The position numbers were made by a program, and so were the translations under genes. Of a DNA stretch of 64,000 nt, positions 13,801 to 26,801 are shown piece after piece; the first letter of the stretch is position 1, and each line of letters opens with the position of its first letter. The DNA is from Bugula neritina (Eukaryota; Animalia; Bryozoa), in the NCBI GenBank assembly GCA_964035545.1, contig OZ037768.1, positions 4,062,741 through 4,126,740 on the forward strand, in the 5' to 3' direction. The notes beneath the pieces were generated by a model that did not search any database, was not told the DNA's origin, and was given only the letters and a program-made list of their open reading frames with translations.

Positions 13801-16800
13801 AACTTTATGCAGGTGATAGAATGGCAGAAACAAAGCTGAACTTTCACAGCGAGTCCAATTAGTCCAGTTTATCAGCACCATACTAAACTAGCGGTAAAAG
13901 TAGGCAGTAGCACACACCTTAGTTTTACGAGGTTTAACCACATTCTCTGGTTTAACCTCCTTCTTCATTTCAAAGGACTTCTTTAGTATATGAGATTGAT
14001 ATTGCTTTAATTCTAGAGGTTTCTTGAAATAACTGAATGCATAATGATATTTGTTGACTAGCTCAGCCTCCCTGCAAGTAATAAATAACATGCGAGTACA
14101 CAACCCAGTCAATAGGTCTTCTCAATAACAATCAATGGTTACAAACTGTGAAATAGAGAACTATATTCAAGTGCAAAGCTGTTATGAATGAATGATAACT
14201 TTTTAGAAATATTTCAGCCTTCGTACTTTGTAAAGCCTACTTTTAGGGTGCATAAAACCCTACTTAGATACAATAATTAACCCTAACAATTAACAGAAAA
14301 TACAACTTCAAACTGTATAACAGTTTCAATGGCTACTAGTATTCAGTAGATGGACTAAGTATCAACCTTAGCCAATTATTGAAAAGTATCATTTTAGACA
14401 AACAAATATGGAGAAGCCGTAGTCTAGTGGTTCGACTTTGACCCAGTGGGCGGGGGAAATAATTTTAAATCTTGGCGTGTATCTGTTGCCAGCATGGTGA
14501 CTAGCGTAGTCCACTTAAAATCTCATTATCAGGGGCTCTTACAGGGATTTAGACTTTAAACAAAAATTTTATTGTCTGTAAGCTAATGAAACTATAAAAA
14601 TCTGGTGTGTAATTTTCTCAGAACTTAAAATGCATACCGTCTTTTGGTGATTTTCTTTAATTCTCTAAAGAGTTTGTCAAGCTCGTATTCACAAATAAAG
14701 ACATCCTTTTCACCGGTATAGTCTTTGGGTCTACCTTCAACATACGACTTCTCATCTATGACGTAACAGTGAGACAACACATTTCTCAGCGGTAGAATAT
14801 CATAGAACTTAGTCTGTATTACTTCATTCGGGTAAAACTTTTTCGTTGTTTCTACTCTATTTGGAAGTTTCCAGGGCAAATAGTAGAAAAATCCATACAC
14901 ATATTTGTCTCCCCTGCAAAAGTAAAATTACATACAAATGACAACCAGTCATATCAGAATAAAAAATACATTATTATAAAAAGTATAAAATGCTTTAAAC
15001 AGATAAACTTCAAAGCGCGAAGCATTGCTTACTTTTCATTTTTCCACAGCCTTTCTATCCTGAAAGCATAAACACCGAGGTTTGGGTCAGTAGGGGTCAT
15101 AAAGACAGCGTCCCCGACCGCCACATGTACACTTCCATGTTCTAATGAGAGGTAGTACTTGTACTGCGCGGAGCCGTCAGGAGGCGGGGGTATCATCTCC
15201 ACCTCTCCACTTATTTTCCGACCAGAACACTGCTCACACAGGTAGCTCTCAACGTCTGGTTTTACACCAACGCAGTCGCAATGCTGCCAGACCTGGAAAG
15301 AGGAAAGTGAGTCAGCGTACAGCCAACTGTACTGAATGAAACGCACTTAAAGTGTATAGCCCGCTGTGTGTATTTATTTTAGTACACAATGGTAGGTGCT
15401 CCACGCAGGTTCTCCTTGGTGCAAACAGGTTCATGGTATGAGGTTGAGATTTCATCGAGGAGAATATACAAATGAAAGGTTGAGATTAGGTAATAAATAT
15501 TTAGTGGAAATGTTTGAAGATTAAACAATACTCTGGTTAAATCTCTTTTCCAACTTGACTGGTTAAGCCTTGAACAAAAAAAATAATGAGGTATTACATG
15601 CATTTAGTCTTTTACTAACACTTGAGTCACATTCTGCCATTTCTATTAAGTTAGCCAACATTAGACGAGGGAGACGTAAAGTGATTACCTCACACTTGTC
15701 GCACATCAACATGTCTCCCTCTTCCCTTAATACACCGCATATGCACCTAATCACTTCTTCATCTTTCACTTCAGCTTTGCTGGGTACTCTGTATTCTATA
15801 AGGAATTAGAATATAATATACATTAGCAACATCTCACCAAACTTCATTATAATTCTCCATGAGCTAACATGAGCAGGTATAAGGTGTGACATTATAAATA
15901 ACAAGATTACAAGCTTTAAAAAGAATATAATATGTTCATTTAGATTCAAGTTTTAAAGAATATGTTATACAGTATATTCAGTTGGATGGTGCACCAAATC
16001 ACCACACAGTTTTAATGTGAAATTCCTTACTCCAATAACACCAGAACTGTAGAGATAGAATAAGTATTTACCATTTCCTGACACTTTTGTGCTTGTCTGA
16101 AATGGTAAAAGCATTCTGAACTGTGGAATAGAGTTGGTTTTCTTCGGAGGTAGAATAGGTGGAGGATGGCCAGTCATGTTTCTCATGAGGAAACACTGTT
16201 GCAACTTGACAAAGCGTTTCTCGTCAGATGGCATCATTATTGCTTTCTGTCGGATAATTACAGGGTCTTTCGGGTTCTATAAAACAAATATATATCATAC
16301 ATGACAGCATCGCTATTCTTATTCCAATAACAATAAATACAGATAGAAGTTGTTTACGAATAGAGCCAAGAGAACTTACGAATCTGGGCCCATTTGGTCT
16401 GCTCTTCTTCTTTGCCGTTTTAGTGAGTGCTGCCAACGCCTGTGCTTTTCCACCCATAAACTTTCTACATTTCGTGCTGCCACAGAAGCACTTTTGCTAA
16501 AATAAAAATAAGTTTTCTCAACCGATAAAGCAGCAATGTTTCGTCTAATTTGAAGCAACTACTAAACAGTTGAGACTGGCGTGTCTTCAACGTACCTGTG
16601 CGTCCATGTTGAATGCTTTGAAATTGTAGTCATACGTCAATTCTTCTCCGGGACTGATATCCTTCAGAGCAAACAGCCCAATTCTGTAGACTCCATTCAC
16701 ATTCCTGGTGCAGATATTAAATGAACAGCTTAGCTAAGTTCCATATTATACAAAAGAAAACAACTCCAACATTTTAACGCAAGTTGAAGTTTTTAATTCA

Positions 16801-19800
16801 CTAAATAACTTGACCACTTTTCAAAACGGTTAGATGGTTGAAATTACCCATACATCTTGTTGTAAATATCTCATGAGCTAGAAAGGGGTATAATTATACC
16901 CAAAAAATTTTGAAAATAAATTATTAAAACAATACATGGATTTGTAGTAGAAAATGTAAAATAAGACTCACCATTTCTGCATTTCACAGTTTGGCTCACA
17001 GCTATGGTTGACAAATCTGCCGATATTGCCCATGCGATATCCATCAATGACAAACTTGCTGTCTAGAGTGAGGCAGTAATGATGATGGTCTCTGGCGTAC
17101 TCAAATGTCATTCTTCTTCTGAACTCCTCTATGCTCACCACCTCTCCAGTGTACTCCAATATAAACTCACCTAAACCATAATACATATGTTGGTAATATA
17201 CCTACAGCTTTAGAGAAAGGAGGGCCTTTCAAACATGAGCTCAAAGTATCACCAAGAAGAGAACAGAGATCAGGTATATATATATTTTGAATCCTCAAGT
17301 TGTCAACTATCTATTACTGATGTGTGATACACGTGTACGTTACACACACAATATTATACTGTTTAATTTACTTTACTAATCAAGCAAAATATTACTTAGT
17401 GTAAAATATATAGTATTTCACTACATAGGAAATTTAGAAAGGGAAGACAACCAACACTTTATCTCAAAAACATAATAATATATAGGTTATGCAACATGAA
17501 ATTAACTCTGAAACATTCCCACCACTCGAATAGTTGAGCCATGCAAATCAGTCGACTACGAACCTGAGCAGATGAGGTTAGTGGTTTTTACACCGAACCC
17601 TCGATCATTGGTTTGGATCTTCTCAAGACCATGAGCTGTCGTCTGTTTCTGTATTCTCATATTCCCACACTGCTGCTCCCCACATGGACAAGTCTGAGGT
17701 ATGCATTCTATGTACATCATTCTAACAACACAACAACACTTAACTTTACTCGAGTTCTCAGCAAATGACTGGTAAAAGGTTTAGAAGATAGGAGCAACTT
17801 TCTACACAATACACATATTTTTATCTTTTTGAAGCACCAACTACCCGAGTGTTATCATTCAACACTATATAGACATTAAAAAAGGGACAGTGATGCTCAC
17901 TAAAGTCCTCAGCAGGACATAGGATATGTGAGGTGACAGCACTAACCTGTTCAGACAGTCTTCATTACAAGACTTGGCTGTTACGTCAGCAGGTTTCTGG
18001 CAGTTGCAGCCGTGAGGCTCATACCCAGGGACTAGAGGCTTCACGCCATTCAAATAAATACCTGAAACAATAGTAAGACCGGTTACTTTTACCTGACAAA
18101 ATAGAGAAAAAATATACTAGTGGTGATTGTAGTGAATACAACTTGGAGATAAAATTATCATCACTACAAAATACATTTATTATTAGCTCAGAAGGTTGTA
18201 AGAAGTATCAAATACAGAAGGGTCGCTCTTGCTGTGTAAAGCTACAATGTTCACAGTTACTAATGGGGATCACCTAACCATACTAAAACCAGATAATGAA
18301 GCAACTAGAGACGAAACTCTACCACTATGTAAGAACAAATGAAACAGCTAAGAAAATACAAATATTTAATGCGATGTGGTAATTCCAGAGAATAGAACAA
18401 GCTGCAAAAACGAAAAAATACCGAGTACCTTGAAAATACTTACATTTGTTAATTTTTTTGTAATGCAATGCTTGATTCTTGCCCTGAGAGTTCTGTAACA
18501 TACCATTAGAGTGATTAGAGATGAGTTAAATATTATCGATTTAGAATATAGTAGTATGTCAAAATAATAAAGACAACAAGACATAAAAGAGAACCAACCT
18601 TAGCATTCTTCTTCTTGCCATCTTTGCTCTTCTGCTTCTCCCTATCAACATTTTAGTAAAAGTCTGAATTAGTGCTGATGCCTAATCGCCATATGCCGGA
18701 CAGTCAAGATCAATTCAGACATTTGTAGATTTTGTACATTTGTACACTCATACACAGTACACTTAGACACTGCAAACTCAGACACTGCATAACACTACAT
18801 TACTGAACGTTTGCAACACTAACACGTGGAGAGACATATATAGCTGTTGCAAATAGTTATACTGACCCTGAATCATTAGCATCATCAAGGTCCATTTCAT
18901 CGGGTGTGTCAGTGTCTGTCCGTTGAGTATTGGTACTAAGGCTAGCCAAAGTGTTTCTGGTGGGAGCAGGGTTTTTACGTCTTGGCTTGTCAGTCTTAGC
19001 TTTGGCCTGAGAGGTTGCCATCTCCATAGCCGCTTGCAGTGCACTCAAACCACCTCCTAAATTATAAACATAACTTTCACGTTCCCAATGCAGCAGTACC
19101 AAAACTTCACTACATGTTCCAAGATCGGAATACATCTCGAGAATGTATGATCCAGATGAGAAAATACAGATTTGATGGCTGAACACAAAGACTAACAGAA
19201 AAATTTCAATTACACTATTTTGTGCCTGAACCATCATAGGTTGCATAGTCAACACTTGTAGGTGTATCTTTCAACACACCTAATTACGTACAAGATAAGA
19301 TGGGCATATGCTATCAATGATTGCTAAGAGTAAAGGCTACTAAAAAGTATCCTCACTAGTGATGGAGCGGAAGAACTGGTACTATCAGGACCTATTTTAA
19401 AGCCTGCAGAAATGACAAACCGACGACAGCTGTGTGCTCTCTAGATCATACCTGGCTGTGATTTCTGTTCCAAGGTACCAGCAGCAGTCTTACGCTTCTT
19501 GCGACCCTCCAAATCAGTCACAGTTTGTGCCATCTCGTCGCCGGTGAGAGCTAGCAGCTCCCTCTGCAGGGCGGAACCTGGTCGCTTACGACTCTGACTA
19601 CTTTGAGGTCTGTCGGTGGTTGGTGAAGGCTGGTTGGTATCCAGTGTGTCCTCCGGCACCACAGAGTCAGCCAAATCATTTTCTGCAACACACCCGAGGT
19701 CTAAAACACATGCGCATAACCTGCATCTTGTGTACAATGAAGACAACTGTCAGCAGTCAGAGCTATCTATAACTACATCACATACAGTCGCACATTTAGT

Positions 19801-22800
19801 GAAATACAGATCTCAACACACCCAGATAGTGAAATTACATAAAAATAATTGTTTTCCAGTTTTAAAAGGGTAAACTATGTCAGCGGCGCATGAAATGCTG
19901 TCTTATAAGGCTGCGGGAATCGCAATTTCAACTTCAAAAATAGCTTGATGTCGCAAAGGTTTGCATTCAACAAAAAAAAACATAAACTGAAAATTTTTTC
20001 AACAACATTTGGCCTTTATTCAGTCATTTCAAAGTTATTCTGCAATCAGAGTTCCTCAATCTGCAGCCTACTAACCTGCATATTCCTCCATCACCATTTT
20101 ATGTCTCTTCTTTAGAGGCAAGAACATCTGGTTGGTCCGCACCAAGTTTGTGTGAGGAATTTCAGTTTCCAACTTCGGGGGTCTTCCTCGCCCTCTCTTA
20201 GTGATGGGAGAGCCTGACTCCATGTGATCTACCAAGAGTAAAAATACTGCTTGTACCACAAAATAATACAACACTATAAAATTATCAACAAACTATGAAT
20301 TACACATATCCAACCACCAACATCAAGTATTCTACACTCAACAATCGAGCAAGACTACTGTACCTGCCAGCATCTCATAGTTAGCAGGGTCATCTGCAGA
20401 TAATTCTTCACCGGGGACAACGCCATCATCGAACATCTGTTGCGGCCTTGACTTTCGAGAAGGCAGCTGGCGTCGCTCCCCATCAACGAGTTCATGGTCT
20501 GACAGATGAGGTGACATACCAGCACTCTTGGGCGAACTCCCTTTCCCAAATTTCGGCTTTTTAGTCTTGGATTTGCTAAAGCAAATGTTTTTAGTAGCTA
20601 TGCGGCTCTTCGGCCGATTAACATAGTACTTCTGAGCAACTTCAGGAGCAGATAGAGTTGAGTCATAGAGTGGTTTTACAGCTTTGTTCTCCTTAGACTC
20701 TTCTTCTTTCTTAGACTGAGGAACAGCAGGGCTGTCTTCAGTAACCGGTGGGACAGGTGGAGCTATCGCAGCAGGAGTCGGGTCAGATGGTAAAGACTCT
20801 GTAGGCTGCGTTGTCTCCTCAGCAATGTCTTGTAAAGAGGCTAAAGCAGCACTTGCTGCTCCGTCAGTGGGCGTCGGCTCTGATTCGTCTATTGAAGGGG
20901 GCTTGATATCGTCTAATTTAACCTTAATCTTTAGTTTTTCAGCCTTTTGCTATAAAAGTATAGGCAAATTGAAATGTGACAATAGGAAAAATTCAATATG
21001 AACAAGAGAAAATAAGTTTTAATAAAAAGCAAGCATAACTAGCAACCACTCACCTTGGGTTTGGCCGCCGTCTTTGACCGTCCTTTATGAGATTCTGCAG
21101 CTAAAACCTTCACTTGAGCAGGTGATGGGGGAGGATTCACCAAGGCATACTCACCAAAAGCCAAGATGTACTTACGTTGAGGCGTTGGCAATGGCTTTTC
21201 ATCATAAAGTGAGCATTCGCCTATCGTGGTTGAAATCTGTTCCATGTCACCTGAATCAGAGTGCCAAGGTATTTGACTATTGATTATATATGGACATGAG
21301 GCTCACATAGACTCTCATGACAATTTAGATCAGGTACTGGTACCTTGCAGGGTACTCACTCAGTTTGCAAACATCACCATTTTACAAACATACAAGACAT
21401 GGCAGCAAGAAGTTTATTATATTTACCAATGAAAATTGGATCTAAATGTTTGATTTTGCTAGGTCGCTTGACTGGGTAGGGCTTTTTGCTTTTTGGCTTT
21501 TTATCCCTCTTTTTCTTTGTTTTGTCAGGAGCATCATCTTCCCCTTGTGTTTTTTCTTCTCCTCTATTGACATGGACAAACACTGGTGGCACTTTCTCAT
21601 CTCAACATAACAGAATGGTGAAAAGTTAGCAAAGAGAAGACAAACGGGAGAAAGAAATACCACCGTACCTATTGGCAGAGTTATCTAGCACATCAAAGAG
21701 TTTAGCACCAAGGGCTGGGGGAGGAGGCAACCGTGACGGTTTCTCTCGACTCTGCTCAGCCTCCTTGTTAGCTTCAGCGTTCCTTGAGCGGCTGTCAAGC
21801 TGAAAACTTTTCCCGCTCACATCCATCGGTGGCATGTCATGGAATCCAGCTTCAACAAGCAGAACATATGTTATAAACATTTACAATGTAACTAAAACAC
21901 CAACAAGCATAGCTAAATGTTTCCTTATTTGCTGCTACAATTGTGTTACCGAAGAAGGCTTGAGGGGACTCTGGTTGTTCTTCCGGTATTTCATTTGGCT
22001 GTTCGGCAACGGGTGGTGCCGTCGTCTGTTTCTTCCTTCGCCCGCCCTACAATCAAATATTTCAATTTCATTGATCACAGTCACCACAGCAGCTTTTGTC
22101 TATGGAGAAGATTAGAGAAATGCTCAACCTACCTTTCTAACTGATCGCTTTTTCTTCACCTCATCTTCTTTCAAACGTGACGGAGATTTGCCTGAATTGT
22201 TTTTAATACTCGAATCTGTAACCACATGCTGCGGCAGCGCTGACCTAACCGGTGGTTGGTTGAATGGGGTCATACCACCAGAACTGGAGAAAGGAGTCTT
22301 CATCGTGTTAAATGGTGTGCGACCTGACATGGTTGGTGGTAGTGGAAAGGGACTAGCAGTTAACGATGTTGACATTGGAGTATACGGAGGGAGAATAGAA
22401 CTGGATGATAACAGATGGTCTGACCTAGGAGTGGCCATAGGCCCGGTCCACATCAGTTCAAACGGAGCATCCTCATTGGGTTTGTCCAGCGTATCATTAA
22501 TGCTCTTTTTCACATCGCTAACAATGTCCATGATATCATCGCCTGCTGCTGATTTGCCTACACTATCTCCGTCATTGCCAGTCTGCTTCTTCGGCCAAGT
22601 ACTTCGCTTAGAAGGCGATCTGTTAGGAACGTCTGCACCAGCTGTTGGAGTCGCCATGAACGGACTAAAGAGATCTCCAGAAGCGGGGGTCTCTGCTCCA
22701 AACTGGGGAGTTGCCGGGAACCCCATCATTGGAGTGGCACCAGGGTTCTTGGGTGTGGCAGCCGGAGTCTCGGTAAACTGGGGAGTCGGAGGCATCTCAA

Positions 22801-25800
22801 AGAATGGCGTGGCAGGTACGTCTACGGGAGATGACTTGCTGGCACCAGCCATTTCCTTGTCTACAACGCCAGCATTAAACAAACCTAAGCAAAGAATGGG
22901 TAATTGCCATTTACAAGACTTTATTCTTCAAAACTACAATTGAAGAGTAATATATAGTATCACAGAGCATCAGGATTACAGCGTTACAGTAATGACACCC
23001 CATAGCATCGTACTCTACCTTTAGCTTTAGGGGGGCGACCCCTCCGTTTCCTCACAGGTTCAGCTTCTGTGTCGCTGATAGCCTCAAACTGTGGCACAGG
23101 AGGAACAGCTGCGTCGCTCTTCGGGTTGTTAGTTGCAGGCTTGCCCTGCCGCCCGGGCCGTTTTCTCGTCATTTGCTGGTCCTCAGTCTGCATAGGCTTA
23201 CCGCCAATTTCATTCTGGGCAATAAACTGAAGCATACTGTCCGGCTTCCCTGTAGTCTTGGGCTTAGGGGTATTATTTACATCCTAAATACATACCTTAA
23301 ATTTCAATGGTGACTAAAAATCATAAACGAAGTTATTGAATTGCCATGAGTCGGCATGGACATAATCTCTCCTGTGACAATGAACTGGAGAATAGAGTGA
23401 GGTTTACCTTGCCATGCTTCTCCTTTATGAGTGAGAGAGGTTTGCCCATGGGTTTCTTGGTTGGCACGGTGTTGGTGGGCTTTGGGGTGGAGAAATTGCC
23501 AGCACTTTTGTAGGGTATCTTAGTCCTGGTAGGTGGTGCAGGCTGGGCAACAGGCGGAGCAACAGGAGGGGTAGCTGTGGTCATGGCTGGTGCGGGTGGT
23601 GCTGCAGTTTTCTTCTCGACTGATGAGGAGTTTGCTTTAGTGTCATCTTCACTCTCGTCTAATAAAAATCATGCAAAGGTATGAACACAGGCTAAATCAG
23701 CTGAGACTAGTAAAAACCTACATTATCTACTCATAGCATATCAAGAAATGAACTTCAACTGCCTCCAAGCGAGGCAATACAATATTAAGCATTTTTTATC
23801 AAATAAGTAAAGGTTCAGAACCAGCACACATCTCACAAGTTTTGTAACTACCAACCCGATGACGACGAAGATGAAGAACTGTCGGAACTACCGCTGCTAC
23901 TCGAGCTGCTCTCCTCGGCAGCATTGGCAGCGGGTGCAGGCGGCTTTGCCAGAGCTGGCGCAGAGTGTTTATGCATTGATGCAGTTTTGTGTGGGATATA
24001 TCTGGAGATGGCCGGCTTAGCTGTCCCGGGGTCTGGCGGCCTCTCGGCTGCCGATGCATTTCTCATGGCAGCCATTTTATATGGAACTACGTTTGACACC
24101 TTCACCTTTCCTTGCTTTCCATCCTCTCGAGCCGTGGCAACATCTGAAACAGGAGCTCCAGCTAAACAACATCACAAGGATTTTTAAAACAGAAATAAAG
24201 TTACACTGCCTGCAAACTAGACTGGAACATGGAATTCACTGCAATATTCTACCTACCCTTGCTGGGTGCCGAGGATGGTTGAGAAGACGTAGCAGCACTA
24301 GAAATGGCAGGTGAGGATATGTGACTAGTTGAGGAAGTTGCTGGAGATACACTCTGGTTAATACTGCTTGTTTCTTGCTGTCTAAGCTTAGCCTGCTGCT
24401 GGGCCTGTCTCATAGAGTCCATCTTATATGGCACACGAGCTGCCGGCCTGGCCGACCTACTAGGCTGGCTAGAACCAGTACCAGAAGTCAAATGCGAGCT
24501 GTGAGCTGCCGGTGGGGCCTGGGGCCCTCTCTGAGCAGCCCTAAGCTCATTGGTCACTTTCTCCGCACCTTCCTTAGCAGCCTTTCTCATGGAGTCCATT
24601 TTATAAGGAACAAACGAGGGTGGTCGTTGCTGAGGCTTGTTTGAATGAGAGGGGATTTGCTGCATATCCGCCCTCTGCTGATCTTGTCTCTGGGCAGAAA
24701 GGTCAAGGTTAGAATAATTACTGTTTGCAGGTAAAGAGGTGTTACTAGTTGGGCGTGGCTGGTCTCTAGGACTACGCTGCTGGGGACTCTGGTGGCTGAG
24801 AGGCTGTGACTGTGACATGGGCATTGACTTCGAAGGCATGTAAGAGCGACCACCAGGGGGCAGCCTATTATTGTTAGTGGTGGTGGCAGTCTCTGTATTC
24901 TGCTGTGTGTTGTAGCCAGGCAAGTCGTGTGAGTGTGGTTGAGCCTGAGCTACTCTCTGCTGAAGGCTGGCCACTTGCTGGTGCTGCTGAGCAATAGAAT
25001 AGTCCATAGAGGGGTGTGACGCCGTCTGTTGTCCTTGAGCTCCGGCACCTTGCATGGGGCGTACAAGGTCGGAGTGGGTGAGCCCCACACCGGACTGTGA
25101 CTGCTGAGACATTTGATACTGATGGTAAAGGTTAGTGGCGTGTGTCCCTCCCTTGTATTGTGAAGGTACTGACTTGTGAGGAATGGTGTTGGATACTCTG
25201 GGCTTAGGTTGCTGGTGGGCAGAAGCCTGCTGCTGTTGGTGATGATGGGCCAGCAGCTGTTGTTCCTGCTGCTGCTGCCTCTGTTGCATCAGAATATGTT
25301 CTGCAGCAGCAGGTGGCCTGGCATTCTGCAGGTACTGACCGTACTGAGCCATGCTGGTGGGAGGATGCTGACCCATGACGTGTGCAAACTGTGACATTAT
25401 TGCGCTGTATTCATTGGGATTTGGCAGGCCAGAATTCTAAAACAACACAAATAATATACAATACAAGGCAGGTAGTCAGTGTTGAACAGAGATCTAACAG
25501 AATCAGTTGGCTAGCAGCACTGCATGCATACTCACATTTTCAGGTTGGTCACTTAACCCAAAAAAATAATAATGTTACTACACAGTGATGTGTGCAACAG
25601 GTAGAGGGAAGGAAACAAAAAACAACTCGTTATTGACATATACAGACTCTCCTGCCTAGATCAGGGAAGCTCAATATCAGTTTCCACAGGGCCATATGAA
25701 GTGCACAATAACTTCAGCTATTTACCATTTGTTACATATACAGTCAAATCTGCAATACAGTTCACTTTTGCCAGCAGAACTGAAAGATTTGGGGCTTACG

Positions 25801-26801
25801 GTCAAGTCTCAAATTGAGTGCCTAGCTAGACATGCTTGGCATGATTTGAGTTATGGAACTCCATTCACCTCTACAGATGGTAGTGACGTTTTGTTCCAGC
25901 CAGGTGCAAAAACACCGATTTGATAATTACAGAGTATTACTGTTTATGCCAGCAGTCTACTGACAATAAAAGGTTTCAGTTACACAATAGGCACATCCTT
26001 GTTTACATTCCTACTGCAACTGGACTAACTTATCAGAGTTTTGGCACTGCCCGGCCTCCAGTTGAAGGTGCCAGTGCCTTTACTAGAGCCAGTGAAGAAT
26101 AATTTTTCTAAGAATAAGTGTATCAAAAAATTTGATTATAATTGATTAAACCGCCTATCATTGGCAATTCATCACAGCTATGCCTGTGGATTTTTATATA
26201 GCAGATTTACTAGTACTTATTACATTCCTCCGCTGATAATGACACTTGCTAACTGGAGAGAAGTAACTGGAGAGAACTACATGGTAACATTGTGACCAGT
26301 CAATCAACACAGAAATGAGGGTAGCAAATTTGATAACAAATAGAATCAATCTGCGTACAGTGAGCTCAATGGCTTCCCACTTCAATGGGAAGTTTTCCTG
26401 AAGTAAACCCAAATAAAATTTGGCCTTGTGAAGCAAATAGGACAGTGCTTAACCCTGTTACTGAGTTGTTGGATAAGATTGGATATTAGTACTTTCAAGT
26501 GAGTCTAAGTGGATGTGAATATACCAAAACCAGTGTTCAATAGAGAAACACATTTCAGTGCTGTAGACATCAAGGCTATCAGCTACATCAACTAACAGTT
26601 TTAGTCCTGTGCATGTATATTAGAGTGATATTGGCCATCACCTCCACGAGCAAGGCTCACACCACTAAACATGGTAATGGTAACGTGTTAATGGCGCACC
26701 TGTTGAAAGGCTCTGAGGGAGTTGACTATATTAGCCTCAGAGACGTCCTGGCCGTGGGTGCCTGCACCACCTCCGAAGAGGTCCCCATAGTTGGTATTCA
26801 T
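1853..26801 (-). CDS. ASH1L: ASH1-like histone H3K36 methyltransferase, multi-exon, roughly 5,000 aa including a long acidic C-terminal extension
   Basis: Start ATG at 26801 ([11 protein letters not shown]..., with an in-frame stop upstream). Q/P-rich N-terminus, AT-hooks ([17 protein letters not shown]), HLDPIF and LPLKKRH motifs. [15 protein letters not shown] leads into AWS ([14 protein letters not shown]), then SET ([19 protein letters not shown]), post-SET (CFCGSTKCR), PHD (IRCICG..CDKCEVWQHCDC) and BAH ([23 protein letters not shown]). Twelve further exons splice in phase to TAG at 1853. A few boundaries around 21.4-21.9 kb are uncertain. Confidence 0.9.
3440..3830 (-). repeat. Coding 36-bp tandem repeat ([12 protein letters not shown], ~11 copies) in the ASH1L extension
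   Basis: Unit actgtctgaactaggtggttcaccatctgctggtac is repeated with few substitutions. Confidence 0.95.
5655..7200 (-). repeat. Coding 21-bp minisatellite (heptad ADEPE[V/T/I]A, ~70 copies) in the ASH1L extension
   Basis: Unit ctcatctgctgcaacttctgg and variants, lying inside the 3.1-kb exon 5104-8245. Confidence 0.97.
8880..9245 (-). repeat. Coding degenerate 21-bp repeat (PQETPAI-like heptads) in the ASH1L extension
   Basis: [43 protein letters not shown]... in the ORF 8741..10624. Confidence 0.85.
14040..15770 (-). other. ASH1L: PHD finger and BAH domain exons of ASH1L
   Basis: C4HC3 PHD ([32 protein letters not shown]) followed by BAH ([48 protein letters not shown]). Confidence 0.92.
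14410..14480 (+). mobile_element. Degenerate tRNA-derived SINE head in an ASH1L intron
   Basis: GGAGAAGCCGTAGTCTAGTGGT matches the 5' end of the 56382 element at 16 of 22 positions, mostly transitions, and contains an A-box (TAGTCTAGTGG). Confidence 0.35.
16380..18061 (-). other. ASH1L: AWS-SET-postSET catalytic domain exons of ASH1L
   Basis: [59 protein letters not shown]|[36 protein letters not shown]|[17 protein letters not shown]; catalytic motifs look intact. Confidence 0.95.

Noticed and set aside
18630-18880. DSGEKQKS in ASH1L as a degron for the neighbouring beta-TrCP
   Set aside because: It does not match the canonical DSGxxS spacing, and such matches are expected by chance in a 5,000-aa S/D-rich protein.
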